A stretch of 32,000 bases of DNA, taken from assembly GCF_001735745.1 (NCBI RefSeq), contig NZ_CP017260.1, positions 2,220,001 through 2,252,000 on the forward strand, in the 5' to 3' direction. Position numbers and translations under genes: made by a program. Origin of the DNA: Formosa sp. Hel1_33_131. Lineage in GTDB: Bacteria > Bacteroidota > Bacteroidia > Flavobacteriales > Flavobacteriaceae. Position 1 is the stretch's first letter, and each line of letters opens with the position of its first letter. The notes beneath the pieces were generated by a model. It searched no databases, was not told the DNA's origin, and worked only from the letters and a program-made list of their open reading frames with translations. Shown here in pieces: positions 19,584 through 27,594 of this stretch.

Positions 19584-20288
19584 ATGGAAGAAAGTTTAAA
19601 AAAAATATTACTAGTCGAAGACGATCCAAATTTCGGAACCGTCCTAAAAGAATATCTGACTCTCAATGGTTATGAAGTTGTTCATGCCAAAAATGGAATG
19701 GAAGGCTTTGAGAAATTCAAAAAAACAGATTACCATTTATGTATTTTAGATGTGATGATGCCCTATAAAGATGGGTTTACCCTCGCCAAAGAAATACGTG
19801 AAAAAAACACAGAAATTCCAATCATTTTCCTCACCGCCAAAGCGCTGAAAGAAGATGTTTTAAAAGGTTATAAAGTGGGTGCAGATGATTACCTGAACAA
19901 GCCTTTTGACAGTGAAGTTCTTTTGATGAAAATCAAAGCGATCATCCAACGAAAAACCGTGGATACGCTCGCAGATAGCAAACAATTTGAATTTACTATT
20001 GGCGAATTCAGTCTGAACTCTAAGTTGAGATTCTTAAGCCATAAAGGTGAAAAACCAGCTAAGTTATCACCCAAAGAAAATGAATTGCTTCGCTTGTTAA
20101 TTTTACACGAAGACGATTTGATGCCTCGCGAAATTGCGTTGACAAAAATATGGAGAGATGATAATTATTTCACATCGCGAAGTATGGACGTTTACATTGC
20201 CAAATTAAGAAAGTATTTGAAGCTCGATCCGAAAGTAGAAATCCTCAATATTCACGGGGAAGGTTTTCGATTGGTGGTCAATAAATAA
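19584..20288 (+). CDS. OmpR/PhoB-family response regulator (REC + winged-helix)
   Basis: 234 aa with the receiver motifs LLVEDD, the phospho-acceptor context LCILDVMMP and LTAK. The C-terminal trans_reg_C domain shows LSPKENELLRLL...YIAKLRKYL. Confidence 0.9.
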   Translation: MEESLKKILLVEDDPNFGTVLKEYLTLNGYEVVHAKNGMEGFEKFKKTDYHLCILDVMMPYKDGFTLAKEIREKNTEIPIIFLTAKALKEDVLKGYKVGADDYLNKPFDSEVLLMKIKAIIQRKTVDTLADSKQFEFTIGEFSLNSKLRFLSHKGEKPAKLSPKENELLRLLILHEDDLMPREIALTKIWRDDNYFTSRSMDVYIAKLRKYLKLDPKVEILNIHGEGFRLVVNK

Positions 20289-20294
20289 CAGTTT

Positions 20295-20391
20295 AAAGAG
20301 GGGATCTTAAAAGTAAGTAAAGCTGTCATTCTGAATTTATTTCAGAATCTAAAAGCATTGCAAATCAATAACTTTTTAGATCTCTTTTTTT
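20295..20391. repeat. nested-palindrome intergenic element, copy 2 (one-hairpin form); probable bidirectional terminator between the regulator gene and miaA
   Basis: Outer arms are AAAGAGGGGATCTTAAAAGT (20295..20314) and ACTTTTTAGATCTCTTT (20371..20387), followed by a T-run. The inner hairpin is ATTCTGAA-tttat-TTCAGAAT (20328..20348). The 32-bp core 20323..20354 is identical to copy 1. The right arm overlaps the last codons and stop of miaA. Confidence 0.8.
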
Positions 20392-21293
20392 AGCTCTTTA
20401 TCTAAGTAATCTATAATATCTTGCAACTCGGTATCGTATTCAAACCACTGCGTTTCGGGGTACTTTTGGAACCATGTCATCTGACGTTTGGCAAATCGTC
20501 TCGTGTTTTTCTTAATTTCTGAAATCGCAAAATCAAGCGTCCACTGTCCGTCAAAATAATGAAACAATTCTTTATACCCCACAGTATTGAGTGCGTTTAA
20601 GTCTCTGTGTTCAAACACTGTTTTGGCTTCTTCCAACAAACCGTTTTCGATCATTTGATCGACCCGATTGTTAATCCGTTCATAAATCAAGGGGCGTTCT
20701 GCTTTTAAACCAATTAAAATCGTTTTAAAATTTCTTTGTCCTTTATTTTTGTTTAAAAAAGACGCATAAGGCTTTCCTGTGCCTCTACAAATTTCAAGCG
20801 CTCGAATGACCCGATGCGGATTTTGGAGTGCAATGGTTCCGTAGCTTTTAGGGTCCAGTCGCTTTAATTCCTCTTGAAGAACCTCCAACCCTTTTGATTC
20901 CAATTCCGAGTTGAGTTCTGCTCTAATTTCCGGTGTAATATCAGGGAATTCGTCAAAGCCTTTAAGCACGGCATTGACATACAATCCAGAGCCGCCAACC
21001 ATCACCACAACAGCGTTGGATGCATGTAGTAATTCAAGTTTTTCAAGGGCCTCTTTTTCAAAAGCACCCACACTATATGACTCTTCAATCGATTTGTGAT
21101 GGATAAAATGATGGGGTGCAACCGCTAATTCGTCAGGAGTCGGTGCTGCTGTTCCAATGGGAATTTCTTTGTAAAACTGACGTGAATCTGCCGAAATAAT
21201 GTCTGTATTGAACTGCGAAGCCAGCTTCAAACTAAGGGCTGTTTTGCCGATGCCTGTAGGGCCTACAATCGAAATAAGATACTTATTCATCAT
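20376..21293 (-). CDS. miaA: tRNA dimethylallyltransferase
   Basis: P-loop IVGPTGIGKT plus the MiaA body (SADSRQFYKE..IGTA.P). I prefer the start at the MMNKY methionines (21293 or 21290). The ORF-track start at 21329 would overlap the upstream channel gene by 47 nt. Confidence 0.9.
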   Translation of the reverse strand: MMNKYLISIVGPTGIGKTALSLKLASQFNTDIISADSRQFYKEIPIGTAAPTPDELAVAPHHFIHHKSIEESYSVGAFEKEALEKLELLHASNAVVVMVGGSGLYVNAVLKGFDEFPDITPEIRAELNSELESKGLEVLQEELKRLDPKSYGTIALQNPHRVIRALEICRGTGKPYASFLNKNKGQRNFKTILIGLKAERPLIYERINNRVDQMIENGLLEEAKTVFEHRDLNALNTVGYKELFHYFDGQWTLDFAISEIKKNTRRFAKRQMTWFQKYPETQWFEYDTELQDIIDYLDKELKKEI

Positions 21294-22119
21294 GAATTTT
21301 ATAACCACATTTGTGGCAGTATTCGGCATCGTCTTGGTGGTAGGTTTCGTTACAGTTTGAACAAGCCTGTGTATTGTGTGGAATCAGTTTTTCTTCTGTT
21401 TTGGTCATTTCTGAGGTCACGATCCCCGTAGGAATTGCTATAATTCCATATCCTAAAATCATGATTAAAGAGGCGATAAACTGCCCCAAAGCGGTAATAG
21501 GAGCAATGTCTCCATAACCAACTGTGGTCAGTGTGACAACCGCCCAATAGACGCTGCGCGGAATGCTTGAGAAACCACTGTCTTGTTCGCTTTCTACCAA
21601 GTACATCACGGTGCCTAAAATGACACATAGCACGATGACAAACGAAAGAAACACCGCTATTTTTACCCGACTTCGCTTCAGGGCTTTTCCGAAATTAGCA
21701 GTTTCACCAATGAAACGGGTAAGCTTTAAAATTCTAAATACTCGCATCAATCGCAAGGCTCTTAAAGCGATCAAAGAGTGCGTGCCTACAAAAAATAGAG
21801 AAAGATATTTAGGAATGGTTGAGAGTAAGTCGATGATGCCATAAAAACTAAAAATATAGGCTCTCGGTTTTTTAACAATGATGATACGAACGATGTATTC
21901 CAAACTAAATAAAATCGTAATGACCCATTCTGAAGTGTTCAGAATTGCTGAATATTCAGCCTCAATACTTTCGACACTTTCGAGCATCACTAGCAAGATG
22001 CTAATGAGAATGACAATTAAAAGAAGAACATCAAATAATTTACCTGCTGGAGTGTCCGCTTCATAAATAATTTCATGAACCTTTTCTCTCCAACTTTTTG
22101 ATTGATTTGATTTAGACAT
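21283..22119 (-). CDS. voltage-gated-type (6TM) potassium channel with a C-terminal zinc ribbon
   Basis: 278 aa with an S4-like segment carrying a basic residue at every third position (RALRLMRVFRILKLTRF), the K+ selectivity filter TTVGYGD, and a C-terminal CSNC-x11-CHKC motif. Confidence 0.85.
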   Translation of the reverse strand: MSKSNQSKSWREKVHEIIYEADTPAGKLFDVLLLIVILISILLVMLESVESIEAEYSAILNTSEWVITILFSLEYIVRIIIVKKPRAYIFSFYGIIDLLSTIPKYLSLFFVGTHSLIALRALRLMRVFRILKLTRFIGETANFGKALKRSRVKIAVFLSFVIVLCVILGTVMYLVESEQDSGFSSIPRSVYWAVVTLTTVGYGDIAPITALGQFIASLIMILGYGIIAIPTGIVTSEMTKTEEKLIPHNTQACSNCNETYHQDDAEYCHKCGYKIHDE

Positions 22120-22123
22120 ATTT

Positions 22124-22131
22124 CAAAAATA
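22124..22131 (-). promoter_or_regulatory. candidate -7 box (TATTTTTG) for the K+ channel gene
   Basis: Reverse complement of 22124..22131 is TATTTTTG, ending 4 nt before the ATG at 22119. Confidence 0.4.
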
Positions 22132-22141
22132 CTAAAAAAGT

Positions 22142-23509
22142 TTAGTCTTGAAGTTTAATTATTTTTAATCTTTTGTGACGGCGCATAAAACTTTGAATGA
22201 TATGCTGCGCATCTTTATTGTGTTCCATCGGAGTTAAAATCGATTTTAACACCGCGGTCGTATGAATTTGAAAGTTTAAATTATAGTAGGCATATCCTCT
22301 AAAAACACCGTTTTCAATCAGGATTGCACTGCGTTCATCCACTTCACGACCATCATCGATGAGAATCATGTTTTGATCCTTAAAGGTATGGGATTCAATA
22401 AGGTTTAACACTCTTTTATTGTAAGCCTCGGCGGGCTCTTCTGAAATACAGGCGCCAGCACAACTTTTAATATCGTATCCAAAACAGGAATTGGCAGTTT
22501 TATAGAGCCCACAAAGTTTTTGACACAATTGATTTTGTTCTACAATTTTAGTCATAAAACTTTTTCCACTGTCATGATTTGAGAAGGTGGTGATGGGTTT
22601 TTGATTCCCTTTTATTTTCTCTACTTTTAAATTGATATAGCCCTCAGCATCTCTAAAACTAAACAATCCATGGGTAAAAATGGTACGTCGAAGTGCCCGA
22701 TTGAATTTGGGCTTGTTGCGTTTTATTTCTTCACTTTCTTTGAGCAAGGCAACCAATTCACTGCCCGTTTCATCATAAGTAACTGTGGCGACTGCGAGCT
22801 GAATTTTTTTTGATTTCGGTGTCTGGCCTGTAAAATGCTGATTGATTCTACTTTTAATATTTTTACTTTTGCCAATATATACAATCTCACCATCGGCTTG
22901 ATGCACATAATACACGCCAGTAACGGATGGTAATTTAGAAATGATATCGGTTAATTTCGGTTCCATCTGATGTTTTGGATCCAGACGAATGGCGGCTTTG
23001 ATAATAGTTTTCTCAACATCCTTGTCCAGTAGCATCTTAAACAGTTTGACGGTTGCTGTTGCATCGCCCGCAGCACGGTGCCGATCGCTCACGGGAATGC
23101 CTAAAGACCGCACGAGTTTTCCCAAGCTGTAGGAGGGAAGGTCAGGAATTAGTTGTTTAGAAAGCTCAACCGTACATAAATTTTCGCGTTCAAAATCAAA
23201 ACCAAGACGTCTAAACTCCGTCTTTAAAATTCGATAATCAAACTGGGCATTGTGAGCGACCAAAATACAATCCTTAGTAATTTCTACAATCCGTTTGGCA
23301 ACTTCGTAAAACTTGGGAGCAGAGCGCAGCATTTTACTGTTGATTCCCGTCAGATTCACCACAAACGGTTGGATGTCGCGTTCGGGGTTCACAAGGCTGA
23401 TAAATTGATCTACAATTTTATGACCGTCAAATTTATAGATGGCAATTTCCGTAATGCCTTCTTCATTAAATTTTCCTCCGGTGGTTTCTATGTCTAAGAC
23501 TACGTAGAT
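22142..23509 (-). CDS. DnaQ-like 3'-5' exonuclease fused to a GIY-YIG nuclease domain; 5' end uncertain (no canonical start)
   Basis: The ORF track starts at the GTG at 23392 (MNPERD...). The same frame stays open up to the yggS stop and encodes IYVVLDIETTGGKFNEEGITEIAIYKFDGHKIVDQFISL, which is the Exo I motif. ExoII/III (VAHNAQFDYRIL, HRAAGDA) and GIY-YIG (VYYVHQADGEIVYIGKSKNIKSRINQH) lie downstream. The 5' end is set at the ATC codon 23509..23507. Confidence 0.7.
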   Translation of the reverse strand: MYVVLDIETTGGKFNEEGITEIAIYKFDGHKIVDQFISLVNPERDIQPFVVNLTGINSKMLRSAPKFYEVAKRIVEITKDCILVAHNAQFDYRILKTEFRRLGFDFERENLCTVELSKQLIPDLPSYSLGKLVRSLGIPVSDRHRAAGDATATVKLFKMLLDKDVEKTIIKAAIRLDPKHQMEPKLTDIISKLPSVTGVYYVHQADGEIVYIGKSKNIKSRINQHFTGQTPKSKKIQLAVATVTYDETGSELVALLKESEEIKRNKPKFNRALRRTIFTHGLFSFRDAEGYINLKVEKIKGNQKPITTFSNHDSGKSFMTKIVEQNQLCQKLCGLYKTANSCFGYDIKSCAGACISEEPAEAYNKRVLNLIESHTFKDQNMILIDDGREVDERSAILIENGVFRGYAYYNLNFQIHTTAVLKSILTPMEHNKDAQHIIQSFMRRHKRLKIIKLQD

Positions 23510-23518
23510 AGTGCTGTT

Positions 23519-24181
23519 TTAAATGGCATAATTTCTCGCTCCAAAGATACGACTTCCAACGCGAACCATGGTACTTCCGCAGTCAATAGCTAAAGGATAG
23601 TCGCCACTCATTCCCATCGAAATTATTTCAAGTTCTGGGCTTATTTTTTTTAAGCTCTCAAAAGTACTTTTAAGCGTTGTAAATTCTTCTTTAATTTGAG
23701 CGCTGTTCTCCGTAAAACTAGCCATTCCCATCACGCCCACAATCGCTATATTTTTTAAACTTTTAAAATGATCGGACTCCAATAAAGTATGGGCTGCTTC
23801 CGCGGTCATTCCAAATTTGGTGTCTTCTTGAGCAATTTTCAGTTGTAACAGACAGTTGATGGTACGCTGGTGTTTTTCCGCTTGCTTATTAATTTCATTG
23901 AGTAATTTCTCGGAGTCCACCCCGTGAATCAAATCAACAAATTCAGCCATGTATTTGACTTTATTGCGCTGTACATTCCCAATCATGTGCCACTGAATAT
24001 CTTTAGGCATTTGTTGGTGTTTATCCGCCATTTCTTGAATTTTATTTTCTCCAAAAATGCGTTGCCCAGATTCGTAGGCTTCCATCAAATCTTCCACGGG
24101 TTTTGTTTTAGACACCGCCACCAAGCTTACATGACTCGGAAGTTGAGATTGAATTTCAGATAAATTGGTTTTTATAGACAT
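23519..24181 (-). CDS. yggS: YggS-family pyridoxal-phosphate homeostasis protein
   Basis: 220 aa with the PLP-Lys context LVAVSKTKP, HMIGNVQRNK and the C-terminal VRVGSRIFG. Confidence 0.9.
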   Translation of the reverse strand: MSIKTNLSEIQSQLPSHVSLVAVSKTKPVEDLMEAYESGQRIFGENKIQEMADKHQQMPKDIQWHMIGNVQRNKVKYMAEFVDLIHGVDSEKLLNEINKQAEKHQRTINCLLQLKIAQEDTKFGMTAEAAHTLLESDHFKSLKNIAIVGVMGMASFTENSAQIKEEFTTLKSTFESLKKISPELEIISMGMSGDYPLAIDCGSTMVRVGSRIFGARNYAI

Positions 24182-24183
24182 AA

Positions 24184-25419
24184 TTAAAACTCGTATATAG
24201 TGATTCCACTTCTTAATTTTGGATAAATGTAGGTGCTTTTTGGAGGCATCACAGCATCCGAATCTGCGATGGCCATTAATTCTTTGGCTTCAATAGGAAA
24301 CAGCCCAAACCCTACAGCATGATCTCCACGATCCACTGTTGTTTTGATCTGCTCCATACTGTCAGAATCATAAACATACCCAATACGTAAATTGGTACGA
24401 ACGTTGGTAATTCCTAAAATAGGTTCCAACAGATGCGTTTGTAAAATGTGGGTGTCGAGTTGATCGATAGCGGACTGATTGTTTTGCTTTGTTGTACGTA
24501 AAGATAAGGAATAAAATGTTCCCTCTAAATACATGGAAATATCGTGTCGTTTCGAACTTTTATAAGGTTTTGAGCCTTTATTTTCGAGCTTAAAATCAAC
24601 ACTGATTTTTTCTAAAAAAGCATCGGTGCTTAATCCGTTCAAGTCTTTAATCACTCTGTTATAATCGTATATTTTGAGTTGGCTTTCCGGAATTAAATAG
24701 CTTAAAAAATGATTGTAAGAAGCCTCAGTTGTAGGGTGTTCCTCTAATTTTAGTTCGCGAGCCAAAAGTGCCGATGATGCGGAACGGTGGTGTCCATCAG
24801 CGATGTAAAGCGAGGGGATGTTTTGAAACGCTTTTTGAATAAAAATAACATCTTCTGGATCATCGACACACCAAAGTTTATGGGTTTCATTTTCAGTTGC
24901 CCAAGAGTTAAACTCAGATGCCTTTTTTTTGGCATTTTGAATGCCTGTTTCCAACGTCAAATCGTCCGGATAGGTGAGTAGCACGGGTGCAGCATTGAAA
25001 CGAACCGTTTCTAAATAATTTTTAAACGTATTTTCGCGTTTCGATATAGTTGCTTCATGTTTTTTGATGACGTGAGTGTCATAATCTTCTACGTGGGCAG
25101 TGGCAATGACCCCACAAAACAAGTGTCCGTTTGCTTGTGTTGTTTCATAAATATAATAGGATGGAGCAGTGTCTGTGATGAGAATATTTGAAGCTTTAAA
25201 TGCTTCAAACTTTTCTTTCACCAATTCATAGCGTTTAGGTTTTTCGATTTCTAAACTGGGGTTTTTCTTTATATTAATAATACTCAAAAAAGAAGTGGGA
25301 TGTTTTTTTAATTCTTCTTCTAATTCGTTTTTAGAGTACGTTTTAAAGGATTTTGAGCTAAAATTCTGAACGTTCGTTTTTGAAGGACGAACTCCTTTAA
25401 AGGGATTGATTTTTGCCAT
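24184..25419 (-). CDS. DUF1015 family protein
   Basis: 411 aa. The N-terminus MAKINPFKGVRP and the internal YIADGHHR motif are hallmarks of DUF1015, which I recall from memory. Confidence 0.7.
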   Translation of the reverse strand: MAKINPFKGVRPSKTNVQNFSSKSFKTYSKNELEEELKKHPTSFLSIINIKKNPSLEIEKPKRYELVKEKFEAFKASNILITDTAPSYYIYETTQANGHLFCGVIATAHVEDYDTHVIKKHEATISKRENTFKNYLETVRFNAAPVLLTYPDDLTLETGIQNAKKKASEFNSWATENETHKLWCVDDPEDVIFIQKAFQNIPSLYIADGHHRSASSALLARELKLEEHPTTEASYNHFLSYLIPESQLKIYDYNRVIKDLNGLSTDAFLEKISVDFKLENKGSKPYKSSKRHDISMYLEGTFYSLSLRTTKQNNQSAIDQLDTHILQTHLLEPILGITNVRTNLRIGYVYDSDSMEQIKTTVDRGDHAVGFGLFPIEAKELMAIADSDAVMPPKSTYIYPKLRSGITIYEF

Positions 25420-25460
25420 TTTTTATGGGGATGAATTTAGGATATATTTGCGATGAATTT

Positions 25461-26348
25461 TTAAGAAAATTGAGCAGCAACGATGACTGCTTTGCGTTCT
25501 GTTGAATAATCGTAAAAACCTTCGCCAGTTTTAACTCCATATTTCCCGGCACGCACCATGTTGACTAAGAGTGGGTTTGGAGCGTATTTCGGGTTTTTAA
25601 AGCCGTCATACATCACTTCTAAAATAGATAAACAAACGTCGAGTCCAATAAAATCGGCTAATTCCAGAGGTCCCATAGGATGGCCCATTCCAAGTTTCAT
25701 CACCGTATCAATTTCTTTAACTCCTGCAACTCCTGAAAACAAGGTTTCGATGGCTTCATTAAGCATGGGCATTAAAATACGGTTGGCCACAAATCCGGGG
25801 TAATCATTTACAATGACGGGAGTTTTACGAATTTTTTCAGTCAGATTTACGATGAAATCGATGACTGTTTTAGATGTACTATAGCCTGCAATAATCTCCA
25901 CTAACTTCATAAGAGGTACAGGGTTCATAAAATGCATTCCAATCACACGCTCTGGATTTGAGATTTTCGCGGCAATTTGTGTAATAGAAATAGAGGACGT
26001 ATTGGTGGCTAGGATAGTGTCTTCTGAGCAAGTTTTATCTAGTTGTTTAAAGATTTGAAGTTTTAAGTCCACATTCTCTGTAGCTGCTTCAATGACCAGA
26101 CTTGTGTTTTGTACCCCTTCAGCAATTGTGGTGAAGGTTGAAATATTAGCCAATGTTTTAACTTTGTCGGATGCTGCTATTTTTTCTTTAGCGATTAGAC
26201 GGTCTAAGTTTTTAGAAATCGTCGCCATCGCGCTTGTCAGCGCTGTTTCATTCACATCGATTAATTGAACTTTAAAGCCTGCTTGCGCAAACGTGTGAGC
26301 AATACCATTACCCATGGTTCCGGCTCCAATAACTGCAATGTTCTTCAT
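25461..26348 (-). CDS. 3-hydroxyacyl/3-hydroxybutyryl-CoA dehydrogenase (NAD-binding)
   Basis: 295 aa with the Rossmann start IAVIGAGTMGNGIA, plus NTSS and the HFMNPVP motif of the 3HCDH family. Confidence 0.9.
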   Translation of the reverse strand: MKNIAVIGAGTMGNGIAHTFAQAGFKVQLIDVNETALTSAMATISKNLDRLIAKEKIAASDKVKTLANISTFTTIAEGVQNTSLVIEAATENVDLKLQIFKQLDKTCSEDTILATNTSSISITQIAAKISNPERVIGMHFMNPVPLMKLVEIIAGYSTSKTVIDFIVNLTEKIRKTPVIVNDYPGFVANRILMPMLNEAIETLFSGVAGVKEIDTVMKLGMGHPMGPLELADFIGLDVCLSILEVMYDGFKNPKYAPNPLLVNMVRAGKYGVKTGEGFYDYSTERKAVIVAAQFS

Positions 26349-26358
26349 AAGTATATAT

Positions 26359-27321
26359 TTAAAAACAATCTATAATTTGATACGCGACTCTCAAGGCATC
26401 TACGCCATCTCTGAGTGTCACAACAGGTGTAGTGTTGTTGTTTATCGCGTCAGCAAAACTTTCTAGTTCATCTAAAATAGCGTTATTTGGCGTAATTTCG
26501 GGGTTTTCAAAATAGATTTGTTTTTTAACGCCTTCGGCATTTTGTAATACCATATCAAAATCTCCTGGGGTTTCTGGAGCATCTTTCATTTTTACGACCT
26601 CCACTTGTTTCTCTAAAAAGTCAACACTGATATAAGCATCCTTTTGGAAAAAGCGACTTTTTCGCATATTCTTCATAGAAATACGACTCGCTGTCAGGTT
26701 AGCAACACAGCCATTTTCAAACTCAATCCGTGCATTGGCAATATCGGGTGTTTCGCTGATTACAGAGACGCCACTCGCAGTAATGTTTTTTACTGGTGAT
26801 TTGACGACACTTAATATAATGTCAATATCATGAATCATTAAATCCAAAACCACAGGAACATCGGTTCCACGCGGATTGAATTCAGCCAAACGATGTGTTT
26901 CAATAAACATAGGCGATTGGATGTCGTTTTTAACGGCTTTAAATGCGGGGTTAAAACGTTCTACGTGTCCAACTTGTCCTCTAAGGTTGTTTTCAGAAAC
27001 CAACAAACGAATGTGTTCGGCTTCTTCGATCGTATTTGTAATCGGCTTTTCAATAAAAAGATGCTTTCCTTTAGTGATGGCTTTGATGGCGCACGTATAA
27101 TGAGAAAGTGTGGGGGTTACAATGTCAACCACATCCACAGCACTTATAAGTGCTTCTAAGGAGTTGAAAAACTTGTATCCAAATTCACTTTCAACTTTTT
27201 GTCCATTGGATGCATCTGGGTCATAAAACCCTACAAGTTCATATTTTTCAGATTGCTGAAGGAGTTTAAGATGTATTTTTCCGAGATGACCAGCCCCTAA
27301 GACGCCTGCTTTTAGCTTCAT
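26359..27321 (-). CDS. Gfo/Idh/MocA-family NAD(P)-dependent oxidoreductase
   Basis: 320 aa with an N-terminal Rossmann fold (KAGVLGAGHLGKIH) and the EKP motif (HLFIEKP) typical of the family. Confidence 0.85.
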   Translation of the reverse strand: MKLKAGVLGAGHLGKIHLKLLQQSEKYELVGFYDPDASNGQKVESEFGYKFFNSLEALISAVDVVDIVTPTLSHYTCAIKAITKGKHLFIEKPITNTIEEAEHIRLLVSENNLRGQVGHVERFNPAFKAVKNDIQSPMFIETHRLAEFNPRGTDVPVVLDLMIHDIDIILSVVKSPVKNITASGVSVISETPDIANARIEFENGCVANLTASRISMKNMRKSRFFQKDAYISVDFLEKQVEVVKMKDAPETPGDFDMVLQNAEGVKKQIYFENPEITPNNAILDELESFADAINNNTTPVVTLRDGVDALRVAYQIIDCF

Positions 27322-27580
27322 AATATGAGTTTTTTTGTAAAATTATGATTTTTTTACAGCATATCTAATATCCTAACAAAATTTTATCAAAAATCAGTTG
27401 ATTTACTGCTTACTGAAAGTTTTTGAAAACCAACCGTTACGTAGTGAGTGTTTATTGTTATTTTAAATAAAATAAACAATCGATTTTAGTTGCTTTTTCC
27501 GATTATTACAAGAAAACGCCCGCTTATTACGTAGATACGCCGTTCGTTACATGGCACTGTTAAAATGAAGTGTAGTGTAA

Positions 27581-27588
27581 TATATTTG
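27581..27588 (+). promoter_or_regulatory. candidate -7 box (TATATTTG) for the fibre locus
   Basis: Exact TAnnTTTG match ending 6 nt before the ATG at 27595. It lies downstream of the ORF-track ATG at 27565, which argues against that start. Confidence 0.45.
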
Positions 27589-27594
27589 TACTCA

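Noticed and set aside
27449-27478. AT-rich imperfect palindrome TGTTTATTGTTATTTTAAATAAAATAAACA upstream of the fibre locus as a regulatory hairpin or operator
   Set aside because: It is composed almost only of A/T in an AT-rich spacer and the arms are imperfect, so the chance expectation is high. It is noted but not called.
27565-27594. ORF-track start of the mini T9SS cargo at 27565, and likewise the TTG start of higB at 973
   Set aside because: Both extended starts overlap or precede exact TAnnTTTG -7 boxes (27581..27588; 971..978). Downstream ATGs give normal N-termini.
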